NCBI GenBank assembly: GCA_016187515.1
Contig: JACPJN010000007.1
Span: 68,046-132,045 of the forward strand
Reading direction: 5' to 3'
DNA from: Candidatus Uhrbacteria bacterium
GTDB lineage: Bacteria; Patescibacteriota; Patescibacteriia; GWA2-47-26
Length of the DNA: 64,000 nt
Program-made: the position numbers and the translations under genes
Notes under the pieces: model-generated
Told to the model about the DNA's origin: nothing
Databases searched by the model: none
The model's input: only the letters and a program-made list of their open reading frames with translations
Shown here: one piece after another, positions 9,414 through 22,800 of the stretch
Layout: every line of letters starts with the position of its first letter
Position numbering within the stretch: the stretch's first letter is position 1

Positions 9414-10316
9414 CTAATTCATAATTCTCAAACTATTGAGCATCATCGTGAAGGTCGTCCGGTAGGTTGGCCGGGCTCCGTCTTCCAGATCTTCCAGGAG
9501 GTATAGGCGCGCGGGTCCTTTGATCGCGGCGCGCCGCCGGTCCGCTCCCGCCTGGATCTCCAGCCCGGCCTTACTATCGCGCCAGGGGGAGGACGGCTCT
9601 CCCGGCCAATTTTGGCTATACCAGTCCTTAGCCGACAATCCGGCGGAATTTTCTCGCGCCTGTATCGAGAAAATCGTCCCGCCCTCGCCATCCGCGATAG
9701 TGACCTTACCAGGTGTCTCCAGATTGGTCTGGATCTGCCAGGGGGACGGAATCAGTACGGCGTAACCGAAAGAATTTTCATTAAACCAGCGCACCAGATT
9801 GGTTTCTTCCAGGCGCTCGGGGGCATTACCAGAGGCGTTATACAAGTGAAAAATCTCATGGCCGTCCAGAAACCCGTCTTTATCCGTATCGGGTTGCGTG
9901 GGGCCGCTGTGATACAAAATTTCTTCGGCATTACTTAAGCCATCCCGATCCGTATCTTCCCAGACCGGCGGAGGAGCGGGCGCCTCGGAGACGGGTTCGG
10001 TTAAAGGCGGCTCTGGCGCGGGTGGAATTTTTGGTTCTGCGCTGGGCGCTATCAGCGCTTCGGTTTCCGCCGGCGGGGCTGGAATTTCCACTGGCGGCGG
10101 CAGGACTGGCGCGGGCTTGACCCGCAGCGGACGGGTAAAGTACCAAGCCGCGGCCGCCACGACGATCAAAAACATCCCGCCCACCACAATCCAAAAGAGC
10201 GCTCGCGGAGATAATGCTAATTTTCGCGCCGCTCCCGCTTCCTTTTTCCGCGCGCCTTTCGGAATCCGGCCTCCCCAATAGGCGTCCGGAATGACATGGA
10301 TGATTAGATCGGACAT
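9414..10316 (-). CDS. Membrane-anchored protein with DxDxDG Ca-binding (thrombospondin type-3-like) repeats
   Basis: TM helix, Pro-rich linker, DTDRDGL and DTDKDGFLDG.E. Confidence 0.75.
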   Translation of the reverse strand: MSDLIIHVIPDAYWGGRIPKGARKKEAGAARKLALSPRALFWIVVGGMFLIVVAAAAWYFTRPLRVKPAPVLPPPVEIPAPPAETEALIAPSAEPKIPPAPEPPLTEPVSEAPAPPPVWEDTDRDGLSNAEEILYHSGPTQPDTDKDGFLDGHEIFHLYNASGNAPERLEETNLVRWFNENSFGYAVLIPSPWQIQTNLETPGKVTIADGEGGTIFSIQARENSAGLSAKDWYSQNWPGEPSSPWRDSKAGLEIQAGADRRRAAIKGPARLYLLEDLEDGARPTYRTTFTMMLNSLRIMN

Positions 10317-10395
10317 AAAGGGAGTAAATCAAGCGAGACAAGCAAGGCAAGTAAATTAAGTACTGGACTTGCCTGATTTACCTGATTCACTTGAT

Positions 10396-11115
10396 TTACT
10401 GACTTGGCACCGTAAACAGCCGCCCCTCTCCTTTGGGATTATACCCGTTGGAGACCTCGGCGCCGTCTTTATATCCATCGCCGTCCGTATCCGGATTTAA
10501 TGGATCGGTCTGATAAGTAAAAACCTCCTCACCGTCAAACAAGCCGTCATTATCCGAGTCGGGGTTTCCCGGATCAGTGCCGCGGTCTTGTTCTTCTCCA
10601 TTAGTCAGCCCATCGCCGTCAGAATCAGCATCATCACCCTCGGCCTCCTCACGCGCTGGCGGAGCCGCTTCTTCTTCCGGGGGCAAGAAAGACGCGGATC
10701 CTTCCGGGGTTTGTTCCGGGGTCTCCGGAAGCGTGGGGATGGTTGGTTCAACACTCTCGTCAAGCATAAACGCCGCGGATTGCGGAGGAAGCGGCGCCGT
10801 AGCGCGGCGGACAAAACGCAACACCCCCAAAGCCACCCCCAAGACGGCTAAAACTCCCACCACAATTCCGGCAAAAATAATCACTTTCCGAGACGCGATA
10901 AGCGGGGGCTTTACCTCGGCGGCCGTCGGCGTAGGTTGGGGTAGAGGCGGCGCTGCGGATGGGGGCGGCTCGGGCATCGGCGCCGCGGGTTTAACCGCTG
11001 GACCCCCCCCTTCGCGAAGAGGGGGATGGGCCGGTTCTATCTGGGCAAAAATATCATCCGGCTCTTTATCGCCGGTAGGTAGATTAGCCGGAGGCGTGGG
11101 TTGATCGTCAAACAT
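10396..11115 (-). CDS. Membrane-anchored protein with DxDxDG repeats
   Basis: TM helix; DSDGDGL, DSDNDGL, DTDGDGY.DG.EV. Confidence 0.78.
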   Translation of the reverse strand: MFDDQPTPPANLPTGDKEPDDIFAQIEPAHPPLREGGGPAVKPAAPMPEPPPSAAPPLPQPTPTAAEVKPPLIASRKVIIFAGIVVGVLAVLGVALGVLRFVRRATAPLPPQSAAFMLDESVEPTIPTLPETPEQTPEGSASFLPPEEEAAPPAREEAEGDDADSDGDGLTNGEEQDRGTDPGNPDSDNDGLFDGEEVFTYQTDPLNPDTDGDGYKDGAEVSNGYNPKGEGRLFTVPSQ

Positions 11116-11343
11116 ATATGGGGAATTAAGAATTTAGAATGAAGAATAAGGGTTTCTTGTTGAGATTGTGTATAACTATCATGAAACCGTTGAATAATCA
11201 ATTATTCGTGGTCATTTGTCAGGCCGCCTGGTAAGCGCCTCGCCGGAATACTGCGGTTTTGGCGGCCGTCTATTCGTGTATATTCGTGTGAACCGTCGAA
11301 GGTGTTAATCCTTCAACACTCTCATCATACCACAAAAAACCGC

Positions 11344-11372
11344 TTGACACCAGGCCGAAAATAACCTATGCT
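11344..11372 (+). promoter_or_regulatory. sigma70-type promoter
   Basis: TTGACA-17 nt-TATGCT. Confidence 0.65.
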
Positions 11373-11403
11373 AAAAGTGGCTCTACCAACAAAGGAGGAA
11401 GCC

Positions 11404-13728
11404 ATGCGTACCTTGACAATGACCGCGTTTTTGCTGGCGTTCTTTGCCGCCTGCGGAGGCGGCGACTCCACCACCGCGCAGGAAGGCGAGGGTGAGGAAA
11501 GCGAAGAAGGCGAGGCCGAAGGCGGACGCGAAGGTGAAGGTGAGGGCGAAGGCGAAGGTGAAGGCGAAGGTGAAGGTGAATCCGAGTCCGAAGCCGAATC
11601 CGAGTCCGAGTGCGAACGCGAGGACTGCGACGACGGCGTGGACTGCACTGACGATCGCTGGAACGCACCGTCGTGCAGGTGTATCCACACGATCGTGCCG
11701 GCGCTCTGTGAGCCGGGCGAGTACTGCGACCCCGAGGAGGGTTGCATCGAAACACCTCCGTGCGATGAGCCCTCGGACTGTCCGGACCGCGGCAGTGAAG
11801 ACGGACTTTGCCTGGATGAGGGCTGTGACCTTTCTACGGCTTCGTGCACCTACACGATCCATGACCGCGACCGGGACGGCCACGCGCCTAGGCGATGCGA
11901 AATTGAGGGTGGGGATGACTGCGACGACGATAATCCCCTGATCTATCTCGGCGCGCCAGAGCGCTGTGACGGGGAGGATAACGACTGCAACGGCGAGGTG
12001 GACGATCTTCCCGAGCTTGGCCAGCCCTGTGATGGGCGGGATGCGGACGAATGCGAGGAAGGGGTTTGGGTCTGCGAGGGCGGTGAAGGTGAGAGTGAAA
12101 GCGAGGGCGAATACGACGACCTATATTGCAACGATTTCACCAACGACAGCCGCGAGACCTGCGACGGGCTGGACAACGACTGCGATGGGGAGGTGGATGA
12201 GAACTTCAGATGGCGCGATCCGGAAACCGGATCCCAGCGCGAACTGGGACAATCCTGCACGGTTGGACTTGGTGTTTGCGAAAACACCGGCAATGTGATC
12301 TGCTCCGTATTCGGAGAATCTGCCCGCTGTCCAGTCAGCCCCTTGCCCGCAGAGTCGCCCGAGGTCTGCGATGGGCTGGACAATGACTGCGATGGCATCA
12401 CAGATAATGGTCCGCCCGAGGTCTGCGACGGGGAGGACAACGATTGCGACGGGGAGACGGACGAAGGCGTTGTCAATGCCTGCGGTACCTGCGGACCTGT
12501 ACCATCCGAGATCTGCGATGGGGAAGACAACGACTGCGATGGGGAGACGGACGAGGACTTTGGTGGAACATCCTGTGGTGTTGCTTCCACTGCCTGCATA
12601 GCTGGCGAGATCGTGGAATGCGATTGCTGTGACGGACTGGACAATGATGGGGACGGTTTGATTGACCAAAACGATCCAGATTGCCCGGCCGATGACTATT
12701 GGTGCCCGACCTCCACCGCTGGCGCGCCTGCGGTGCGCCAATCCCATACCGCCATCTGGACCGGGTCCGAAATGATGGTGTGGGGAGGATGGGGTGGTGG
12801 TTCGCCTCTCAACACCGGCGGACGATATGATCCGGAAACCAATACTTGGACTGCGACTTCCACTGTTGACGCGCCTACGCCGCACTGGCTCCATACCGCC
12901 ATCTGGACCGGGTCCGAAATGATGGTGTGGGGAGGATGGGATGATGAATTCAATCCCCTCAACACCGGCGAGCGATATGATCCGATCACCAATACCTGGA
13001 CTGCGATTTCCACTGCTGGCGCGCCTGCGGGGCGCTACTCCCACACTGCCATCTGGACCGGGTCCGAAATGATGGTGTGGGGAGGATGGGGTGGTGGTTC
13101 GCCTCTCAACACCGGTGGGCGGTATGATCCGGAAACCAATACTTGGACCCCGACTTCCACCGCTGGCGCGCCTGTGGCGCGAGGTAGCCACACCGCCATC
13201 TGGACCGGAAGTGAAATGATAGTGTGGGGAGGAGCGGATGATAGCGGTCGTTTCCACACCGGCGAGCGATATGATCCGATCACCAATACCTGGACTGCGA
13301 TTTCCACTGCTGGCGCGCCTGCGGGGCGCTACTCCCACACTGCCATCTGGACCGGAAGTGAAATGATAGTGTGGGGAGGAAGGGATTGGGACTTCATCCC
13401 CTTCAACACTGGCGGACAGTATGATCCGACAACCAACTCCTGGAGCTCGACCTCCACCGCTGGCGCACCTGTGGCGCGCACCAGCCACACCGCCATCTGG
13501 ACCGGGTCGGAAATGATGGTGTGGGGAGGAATGGATAATGGTCGGAATCTGATCAACACTGGCGGCCGGTATGATCCGACAACCGACTCCTGGAGTCCGG
13601 TCTCCACTGCTGACGCGCCTGTGGCGCGTGGCTCGTACACTGCGGTTTGGACCGGGAGTGAAATGCTGGTGTGGGGAGGATATGGTAGTGGTGGTTATCT
13701 CAACACCGGCGGGCGGTACGTGCCCTAG
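11404..13728 (+). CDS. Lipoprotein with (EG)n linker, DNDCDG metal-binding repeats and 7 Kelch-like repeats
   Basis: Lipobox FAAC; repeated E.CDG.DNDCDG; seven HTAIWTGSEM.VWGG units; AGGAGG SD. Confidence 0.85.
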   Translation: MRTLTMTAFLLAFFAACGGGDSTTAQEGEGEESEEGEAEGGREGEGEGEGEGEGEGEGESESEAESESECEREDCDDGVDCTDDRWNAPSCRCIHTIVPALCEPGEYCDPEEGCIETPPCDEPSDCPDRGSEDGLCLDEGCDLSTASCTYTIHDRDRDGHAPRRCEIEGGDDCDDDNPLIYLGAPERCDGEDNDCNGEVDDLPELGQPCDGRDADECEEGVWVCEGGEGESESEGEYDDLYCNDFTNDSRETCDGLDNDCDGEVDENFRWRDPETGSQRELGQSCTVGLGVCENTGNVICSVFGESARCPVSPLPAESPEVCDGLDNDCDGITDNGPPEVCDGEDNDCDGETDEGVVNACGTCGPVPSEICDGEDNDCDGETDEDFGGTSCGVASTACIAGEIVECDCCDGLDNDGDGLIDQNDPDCPADDYWCPTSTAGAPAVRQSHTAIWTGSEMMVWGGWGGGSPLNTGGRYDPETNTWTATSTVDAPTPHWLHTAIWTGSEMMVWGGWDDEFNPLNTGERYDPITNTWTAISTAGAPAGRYSHTAIWTGSEMMVWGGWGGGSPLNTGGRYDPETNTWTPTSTAGAPVARGSHTAIWTGSEMIVWGGADDSGRFHTGERYDPITNTWTAISTAGAPAGRYSHTAIWTGSEMIVWGGRDWDFIPFNTGGQYDPTTNSWSSTSTAGAPVARTSHTAIWTGSEMMVWGGMDNGRNLINTGGRYDPTTDSWSPVSTADAPVARGSYTAVWTGSEMLVWGGYGSGGYLNTGGRYVP

Positions 13729-13752
13729 CTCTTTTTCCGTGAGGATTGCAAA

Positions 13753-13789
13753 GCCGAGGTTCCCATTCGGGAACCCCGGCCTTTTTTTA
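13753..13789 (+). terminator. Intrinsic terminator
   Basis: GCCGAGGTTCCC-ATTC-GGGAACCCCGGC then T7. Confidence 0.7.
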
Positions 13790-13821
13790 TCCCCACATCT
13801 TTCGCTCACAATTTTAAATTC

Positions 13822-16800
13822 TTAATCTAAGGCCGCCCCCTCCTCGACTAGCACTCCACCGGAAAGAGTGGAGATGTTGCACTGATTGTCACAATAGGTA
13901 CAGCCCACTAAACCATAGCCCGGCGTACACCGAGTCCCATTGGAAGTTCCTTCATCACATTCCTCTGGATCAGTACACCGGCCACGACCGCAATCCTGGT
14001 CGCGCCGACAGGTCACGCCGTCACGATTACGATCGCCAGTGCCCACACACACCAGTCCCTGATTGAATCCGTCGCCACATTTTGCGTGCTTGCAGTCGTT
14101 AATGCAGCCATCCGCATTTTCCGCCGCATCGTTTTGCCCGTCGTTCGTGGTTCCATCGTCACACTGCTCATTTCCTTCGCGCGCGCCATTGCCGCATTGT
14201 CCTTGGGCAACTGTAGTGAGACCGCCCCAACGACATGGACCACCACTACGGCAGGCCTGCCGCCAGAGATACGGGTAGCCCTCGGGCTCTGTAAACTGTT
14301 GACTGTCATAAACATGCGTTCCATCCCACTGGATTGGCCCAGTAAATTTACAGCTACCAAATGACGTATCGCAATCAGAATCTTGGCGGCAGGGCTTTCC
14401 AAAATCCGAAGCCCCCCACACCCACATACACACCTGTGGACTCTGGCGAGTATCTCCCGCTTCGCACTGCTCATTCCACTCTTCCTGTATCTCATTGTCT
14501 CCGCACCGCGCCCCTGGCCCGGAGCAGTCAAACCGACAACACCCATAATCGCCATTGACACATGCTGCACCGCTGGAATTTGTAGAATCACATACTTCGG
14601 GTCCATTGCGCGTACCGTCGCCGCAATAGGCACTAAGTGCGGTTGCTGAACATTGACCCCACGGGAAACAATTATTATCCTCGGTGCAGATATTTCCCTG
14701 ATTAGGCCCCCCGATGCAGGTCCTAGCGCATACCGTATTGCACTTGCCATACTGACCATTTAACAGCCCATCATCACATACTTCGCTTCCTTCTCTTATG
14801 CCATTACCGCAGATTACGCCGCCTTGGCATATGTCAAGGTTGGATGTCGGGTTTTGGGATCCACCCCATATTTGCCAGTCAGTCACCTGCGGAGCATCAT
14901 TCCACTCGCACCTATTCGTGCACGCCCGTACTGCCTGGCACTGCGATGAAAGAATACAAACCCCTTCATTGTCAGCGCAGTTTTCATCATTAACACACTC
15001 CTTCGAAGGATTCAAACTGCATGAACGCAACGGAACACATGAAGAACCTCTCGCATGCAACGTACAGGTTGAACCAGAATCTGGGAACCTTGGGGCTGTT
15101 GATATTACCCCGGTTTCTGGATTACACCTTTGCCGAAATCCCCCCTCAAAGGGGGCACCAGGGTCACCACAGTATCCAAACCAACGGGCTTGCTGGACCT
15201 CTTCCTGCCCCACTTCGCAGAATTCCTGGCAATTATTCACCCCGCACGAAACCCCGGGATAATTTGCGCAGGTTCCGTCCGGGAGACATTCACCACGTTC
15301 AAGAATTCCATTGCCGCAGGTCGCCGTGGCATTGGACCATAATCCCCCGGCTGGCGCGCCCGGCGCGCTCACCCAGGAACAATTGCTCGGGGTTAGCAGG
15401 TTGGTTCCCGCCGGATCAAAATTAAACACTTCCCAGCGGCTCTGCCCGGGAGCTGGCGGACGATACAGCAGTTCAAAATCTACGCCCAATTCATAGTCCA
15501 CTGCCCCAATCGCGCGATACTGATACACGTGGGATCCAGCCGGACAGCGGTAGGTTTGGGTCTGTTCATTCCAGCAAGTCGCGGGATCAAATTGCCCGCG
15601 CTCGCCTGGAATCGCGGCACAGCCCGGCGCGAAGCTATTGAGCGGATCTTGCGGCAAGGAGGCGCCCAATGTTGCGCCAAGCGTGGCCTGCCAAGAAGGC
15701 CATTTGGAGGTGGACATGGAACGGATAAAAGTGCCGGCCTGAAGCGGCGGATAGCGTCCGTGAGTATTGCGGTAATCCTCCAGTGCGGATTGTATCGAAC
15801 TGATATGATTTAAACGCAATAGATCTCGGCGCAGCTTGTCTCGGTTGGAGTTCTCGACATTCACATTAAGCTGGAAGTTGGAAACAAACTGGTCAAACAC
15901 TTGCTGCATCGCGCTGGGCGCGTTTTCAGAAAGCGAAAGCACGTAGATATTGCTGTACACTACTTTTAATGTGGGGACGTACCTATCAGTAACCGCGTTT
16001 GTGCCAGCGACATACACCGTATTCCGGTCCCGGATCGCCTCATAACCATCCACCCCGGGATTAATTGGCGCCGGAGTTCCAGTAAAGCCCATTTGCTCAT
16101 ACCAAGTTCTGACCGGCAAACGCCTCGGGTTTGGAAATACCCGAATTCCAATGGCCTGCTGTTTTTCTGCTGATTCAACCAAAAGATACTCCTTCAGCGG
16201 AGCAGGGCCAGTATGGCTGGTGGCGATACGGAAGGTGTCCAAAGTAACCGGCGCACCCTCGTCCGCGCCTGCCGCGGGAGGACGAATCGCGCCCGGGTAA
16301 ATTAAAGCCGGCAAATCGCCTGCGAGGCCCTCCTCACCACTGTCGCGGCAGTACCAAGTGCGAAAATTCATGGGGTCTCCTCCGCCAAGGAGTGCGCCTT
16401 CGCGATCCTCAAACCGCGGCAAGGGGTGCTCAATACGCGATGGCCAGGGATTTTCGCACAGCGTGGTAATAAATTCCGCGCTCCCCTCGCGCACCGCGTC
16501 CTGATGATCCTCCGGCTGCGGAAGCGCGCTGGCGTCAGTAATTGTGGCAGTGGCATTCACGTCCGTCTCGCCATTGCGATTCCCGGCAGTTACGGTTTGA
16601 TCTGGATCAGCGTTGATCGGATCCGCAGCGTTGATGGGATCCGGCTCATTGGTAACGCTGGCCACGGTATTTTCCGCTGATCTCCAGGACCAGGCCCAGG
16701 AATATCCGGTTGTCCGCTGCAGCGCCTGCCCGCTGCTGGAGAGCGCCTCGGCCCGAACTTGGGCCTGCTGCCCGGGACGAGAAAAACCCGCGCCGCCTTC

Positions 16801-19800
16801 TCCTTCAAAAATGCTCACCGCTTCATCCGCGCCAGTTACGTTAACGCGCACGTTTTCCACGGTACAGATCTCGGATCCGGTAGTGAAGTTCCAACTTGAA
16901 TCTGTTCCGCCTTCGGCAGCGGGACCGCGGAAGGCCACGCCGAAAATCGAGCGCACTCCAGAAGCGATCAAATCATTAAGGTTCGGGTCGCCAGCAATGG
17001 TGATCTGATAATCTGTCGCGTTATCCAAAATCCGCGAAGGTTGCAGGACTAAACGACTCCCCTGTGCTGCCGATTCAACCGACGCCTTTAAGCTCAAGGA
17101 CGGATCAGCGCACCACACCGAATTTCTTGCCCGGCCCTGAAGAGTCAGGCCATCCGGACACGTCGCAGTGTTTTCAACACGCTTGGCAATTCCGATCGCT
17201 TGATCAAGATTTGCGGAATCCATGGGTTGATCAAAAGTTACTTCCAAAAGTCCATTGGGACAGGCGTCTGGCGTATTGATGCCCGGCACGCGCTCCACAA
17301 TTTTCGGGCGAAGATAACAACAGTTGTCGCTCCCGCGGCCCACGGCCTCGGATGGCCCTTGTCCGGGCGTTGGACAATCGGCTTCGCTGCGGGCCACGCA
17401 AAATACGGTAATACTGGCGCTGCCCGGCGCGCCCGCTTGTCCCTCCACCGCCGCCTCTACCGCCACCGTACTCCAAGGATTAGGCGGAGCGCAGACCGGA
17501 AAATTCTCATCCGTACAATTGCCATTGCTGCTACAGGGCGCGCGCGGTTCCTTAAATTCTCCGGTCTCTTTGCGGCAGAACTTCCGAATCCCCAAGGCCC
17601 TGGCTTGCTGAATTGGATCAATGCGCCGAGGCGACTCCGCAACCGTCCCTTCATTAAGACAGCGCGCGGAACAGCCGTCTCCGGCAGCCGTATTGCCATC
17701 ATCACAGTCCTCAAAACGATCAATCCTCCCATTGCCGCAAAACGGCGAAGGAGTTCCTTCATTAAGACACCGGGATGAACAGCCATCGCCATTGGCGCGA
17801 TTATTTAACTGATCGCATTCTTCACCGGCCTCCACTAATCCGTTGCCGCAGGTGGAAACCGGAAGAGTGCCTTTTAAAAGACACGTGGCTGGGTCGCAGA
17901 ATTCCGAAAGAAGGGGGGCACCTAAAAGGTCGCGGTAACGCTGCTGGTCTTCGGGATCACATTCTTCCCCGCGATCAATCTGCCCGTTTCCGCAAGTAGT
18001 CGCCCGAGAAGTCCCTTCATTCCGACACTGCGTAGAGCAGCCATCGCCCGGTAAAACATTGCCGTCGTCGCAATCCTCGCCATTTCCGGGTTCCGGGTCT
18101 CCGCCACTGCCGCAGCAATTGGTTTGCTCCGGAGCGACACAGCGCGCCAGCGCTCCGGCGTGCAGACAACTCGCGGTGCACCCGGGCAAGCCGGGCGGGT
18201 CGCATTCCTCGCCCGGATCAATAATACCATTCCCGCAGGCGAATCTTCCGAGAATTCCCGCGCTGGATCCCTCGTTTAAACACTGCGCTAAACAGCCATC
18301 GCCATCTATTAAATTTCCGTCATCGCAATCTTCCGCGTATTCCCGCACCCCATTGCCGCAGGAAGGCAAACGATCCACTCCGGTCCGCACTACTCCGGCA
18401 ATCATGGTATTGCCCACCACGCCGGCGACCCGATCATCTTCTTCAAGTTCCGGATCGTCAATCTTCCAACCCCAATCGTAGGACAGCGAATTTAAGCGCT
18501 GGCCCTGCGGATCGCAGGCATCCGGAGCGCTCCGCGGCTCCGCGGAAAAACTCGCGCGCGCGCCGATAAGATAGAGCGCGGCTTGCGGAGGGCTTAATTC
18601 CACGCGATCAACCTGACAGGATGACGCGCCGGTTTTAAAGGTCCAAGAAAAAGTATTGCACTGCGCGCCCGCGCACTTCCCTGGCCCGGGAGCGAGCATC
18701 GCTCCGGTTATCGCGTCACGGCCGGCCCAATTGTAGGAAAAGTTCAGTCCGGCCAGCGGCTTGCCCGGTACGGAGCTGTCGCGGCGGCTTGAATGTAGGC
18801 CAGCGCTGCCGCCTTTGAGTAAAACCCGATAAAAAGTATTGGGCAGTAAGAGATCTTCTCGCGCCGAGGTGGCCGGGTTATCGGTAAGTCCGATCTCCAG
18901 GGTATTTTCTGCGCTCTTCCAAGAAAGTGCGGGGCTCAAAACTCGCTCCGCCAAGCGGCCGGGTTTAAGACAGCGGACGGTGCAGAGCGGATCACGCTCG
19001 CCCCCATCGCAACCGATATCTTCGCCATTGTCCAGCACGCCATTGCCGCAAAGCGCGGGTTCGGATCCCTCGTTTAAGCACTGCGGTAAGCAGCCATCGC
19101 CGGAAAGGCGATTGCCATCATCACAATCTTCCGCGTACTCGCGCAAACCATTGCCGCATTGCGCGAAACGCGTTCCTTCATTAAGACAATTGGGGGAGCA
19201 GCCATCGCCCGCGTTGGTATTGCCGTCATCGCAATCCTCCGCTTCCGAGGCAAGGATCCCATCGCCGCAAGCCGGTACTGACCCGGCGGCAATTGAACCT
19301 TCATTAACACATACTTCGGAACAGCCGTCTCCGGGCCGCAGATTGCCGTCATCGCAGTCCTCGCCCAGTTCAATGCGGCCATTGCCGCAGCCCTGACCTC
19401 CGGCGGAAGAGGGACGACGCGTGCCGGTCCACTGACAAATACTGGTGCAGAGATTGCGCTTGGCCGGGGTGTTTAAAAGCGGCGAATTAGGGTCGCACTC
19501 CTCGCCCGGATCAATCTGGCCATTGCCGCAAAGCAGCGGACTTACCGGATTGCCCCGCCTTAAACAGTCCTGCGGATCGCACCACGACGCAAATTCGTGA
19601 TCAAAATTCACTTCACATTCCTCGCCCGCTTCCAAACGGCTATTGCCGCAAACCGCGAAGTTCGAACTGGTCCCCTCGCGAAGGCATTGCGCGGAACAGC
19701 CATCTCCGGCTTGTCGATTCCGATCATTATCACACTCCTCACCCGGATTAATTTTACCGTTTCCACACAGCGCGGGTCCGGTTCCCTCGTTTAAACACTG

Positions 19801-22800
19801 CGACGAACAGCCATCGCCGTTTTCCAGGTTGCCATCATCACAATCTTCTCCGCGGTCAAGACAGCGGCCGCCTTGGCAGCTCTCTCCTGGCCCGCACTCG
19901 GAAGCATTGCGGCACGCCCGTCCGTCTCCGCAGCGCAGAGAAAAGTTTGATCCCTCATTAAGACAAACTGCGGAACAGCCGTCTCCGGAAGTCGTGTTGC
20001 CATCATCACACTCTTCTCCCGTCTCCACGCTGCCATTGCCGCAAGGCACGGCCCAGAGTAACGCGTTTTGAACATTGGTCACGCTTTGGGGATGCAAAGT
20101 GTTTGAGGAGGTAAACATGGCCACATTAAACCGCGCGGCAATCTTGGCGTTGGTACAGGCCTCTCCGCAAGCCGGCCACCATTGTATTACTTGCGGGTCC
20201 ATAAATGAAATCTTGAGCTTCCCAAAACCGGTGGTCCGTGGGGGCTGCGGCGGAGTATGCGCGCGGACTCTGATCTCTTCGCCTTGGGTGTCTTCCAAGG
20301 CAATTACGGTTACGGTCCAGGGCATGTGCTTACAATACCCTCCAACACAGGCCTCGGTCACGCAAGTATTGGGCTGACCGCCGCAGTCGGCATCTACCTG
20401 GCACGGCGCGTCGTAATTGTTGGAACAATGGCTGTACCCGATCGCGCACTCCGCGTCTTCACTACAGGCCTTGCCGATCGCCGGGGAAATTCCGCTGGAA
20501 TTATAAGTAACCGCCGCGCGCTCCGGATTCTCCGTATCATAGACATCCCAGGCCCACGAATAGTCGTCCGACGACGGCACTACGCAAGGATCGTCAAGCG
20601 CCACGGGAATTGCTAAATAATCAATCGGCTCATTTTCCGTAGTGGCCTCATAAGGGCTGGGCACCACCGCGATCCCGCCGACTTGACAAAGATTATTGTC
20701 CGGATTGGACTCGTTTTTGGTTTGAAACGCAAAACAGTACGCGGCGCGCGCGTCTCCGCAGCGGGATAAGCCGTCTGGAAGCGGGATCATGGGCTGGCCT
20801 TGAAGAGCGCCGCGATCTTGCGCGGTAATTCCTCCGGTCCCGCCCAAAAGTACCACGCGATACCAGGAACCGGCTGAAAAATTATCCGACAGCCAGAAAC
20901 TAAATCCTAATCCGCCGGAATACGGCCCAAATTTACGGCCGAGCGCCTGATCTTCAACTTGGCTGCAGGCCTCCCCTTCAATCTGGACATCATCAACATA
21001 AACCGCGAAGTCCTCTCCGGAACTCGCCTCCTCGCCAACCTCATAAGGATCGCCTTCCAAAAATACGCGCACATAGCCGGGAGCATTGCCATTAGGACTG
21101 GCATCAAAGGTCATGGTTACCGACACCGGCTGCCACTCATTGGTGAGCGTAATTTCGGACCGAACTTTTTGCCAAAAACCACGGGTGGCCAGACAGGTCC
21201 TTTGTCCGGCATTGGTTTGGCTCGCGCACCCGGTGTCCGCAGTACAAGCCACTCCGCCGGATATTCCGCCGCAACGCATTCCGTCAGCGCCGCCCGCGCG
21301 TTGAATTAAAATTCCGGCGCGCTTCCCCGCCCCCGCGGCATCAACCGCTTTCATCCACGCGGTTGCCGTATATATTTTCCCGCTGGTATCGGCAATGGCA
21401 TTGGCTTGGTACCCAAACCAATGCTCATAATTTTGTTGCAGTCCGCGAGTATCTCTCCATCCTGGGCCGGTGTCGTTGTCCAGCTTGGTAAGGGCGAGCG
21501 CAAAATTGCCCGGATCCGCACTAGAAGCGCCGCGCCCAGCGCCTAGCACGGTTTCCACCCCCAACAAATCCTCGTGGCGAAGGTTTGTCGGCGGATCCAG
21601 CGTGGGCTCTGGCGGGCGGCCCCACACGGCAGTATCCGCGGTGAAATTCGGACTTCCAAAAGTGGTGTCCGCGCCATTCAACAGTTCGGTCGGCGCCGTG
21701 CACTTTTGGAGCTTAATCGTCTGCGAATTTAAGGTCGCCGGATCAACCCGGGCGTCCGGATTAAAACTCACTGCCACGGCCGCGTTAACGCATACTCCGG
21801 TATTTGATCCTCTTCCGGATTCGACAGCCGGCGACGGCGAAGGCGGATATTGCGGAAAACCTTCCGCGTCGGCTGCTTTATCGCATCCTTCAAACACCGT
21901 CGGGGTAAGCGGGGCCTGGGAGGTGGTAAACTGCCAAGCAAACGCGGACTCCCCGGGCTGCGCGCCAGCGCAGTCCGCCCTACAAGTTCCGTCTCCACAG
22001 CAAGTCAGACCTCCGAGCGCGGCGCAATCCAAGCGCGCTTCATCAGGGGCCGGCAACCGGCAATCACCAACCAAAAACGTCCGCAAATTCGAAGCGCGCG
22101 TGATCTGGCCTCCTCCAGCTTGCGGAAAATCATTTTGTATAATTACCTCTCCGGCTGGAGTCCCAGCCACGGTGTTTCCGGGCACTTGCGCGCATACTTC
22201 TTGCGCGTCCCAGCCACCGCGCGGACAAGCATCCAAACGGATACCTCCGACATTGGTGAGCGTGGCCGGTAAAGTCGGCGCCCAGGACTGATCCGCGGAA
22301 CTCCTGCGCGCCGTAAATAGCGCCCCGCGGCCGGAAGCCGGCGCGGATCCAAACCGATCTCCAAAAATGCTGACATTGGTAAACGTTGGGCCGGAGGCCG
22401 GCTCAATACAAGCTAAAAATGGCGCGGCTGACTCTTGATCTAAAACATCAAAATCCTTGGGACTGGACTGCTGACGATCATAACGCTGCACATAAAGGTA
22501 GGCGCCATCATCAAAAAGAAGATCGGAGGCGCTGCCATCTTCATCCGCGTCGTGGATATCCAAAATGCGCGGCACTTTAACCGTGATCTGTATTGGACTC
22601 CACCAACTGCTCCCGCATTGCGAAGGAAAGTCCACGTTTCCCTGCACTCCTCGCCCATCGGAAGTAACAAACCAAACCATTCCGGGGGTATCGCCGAAAT
22701 TCCGTCCGGAAATGGTGCACCCGGCCCCTGGCCCGCCGCGCGCCGGATTATCTTCCGGCGCGCCCGCGCAAACTACCGTCGTAATAATTGGCAAAGTGCC

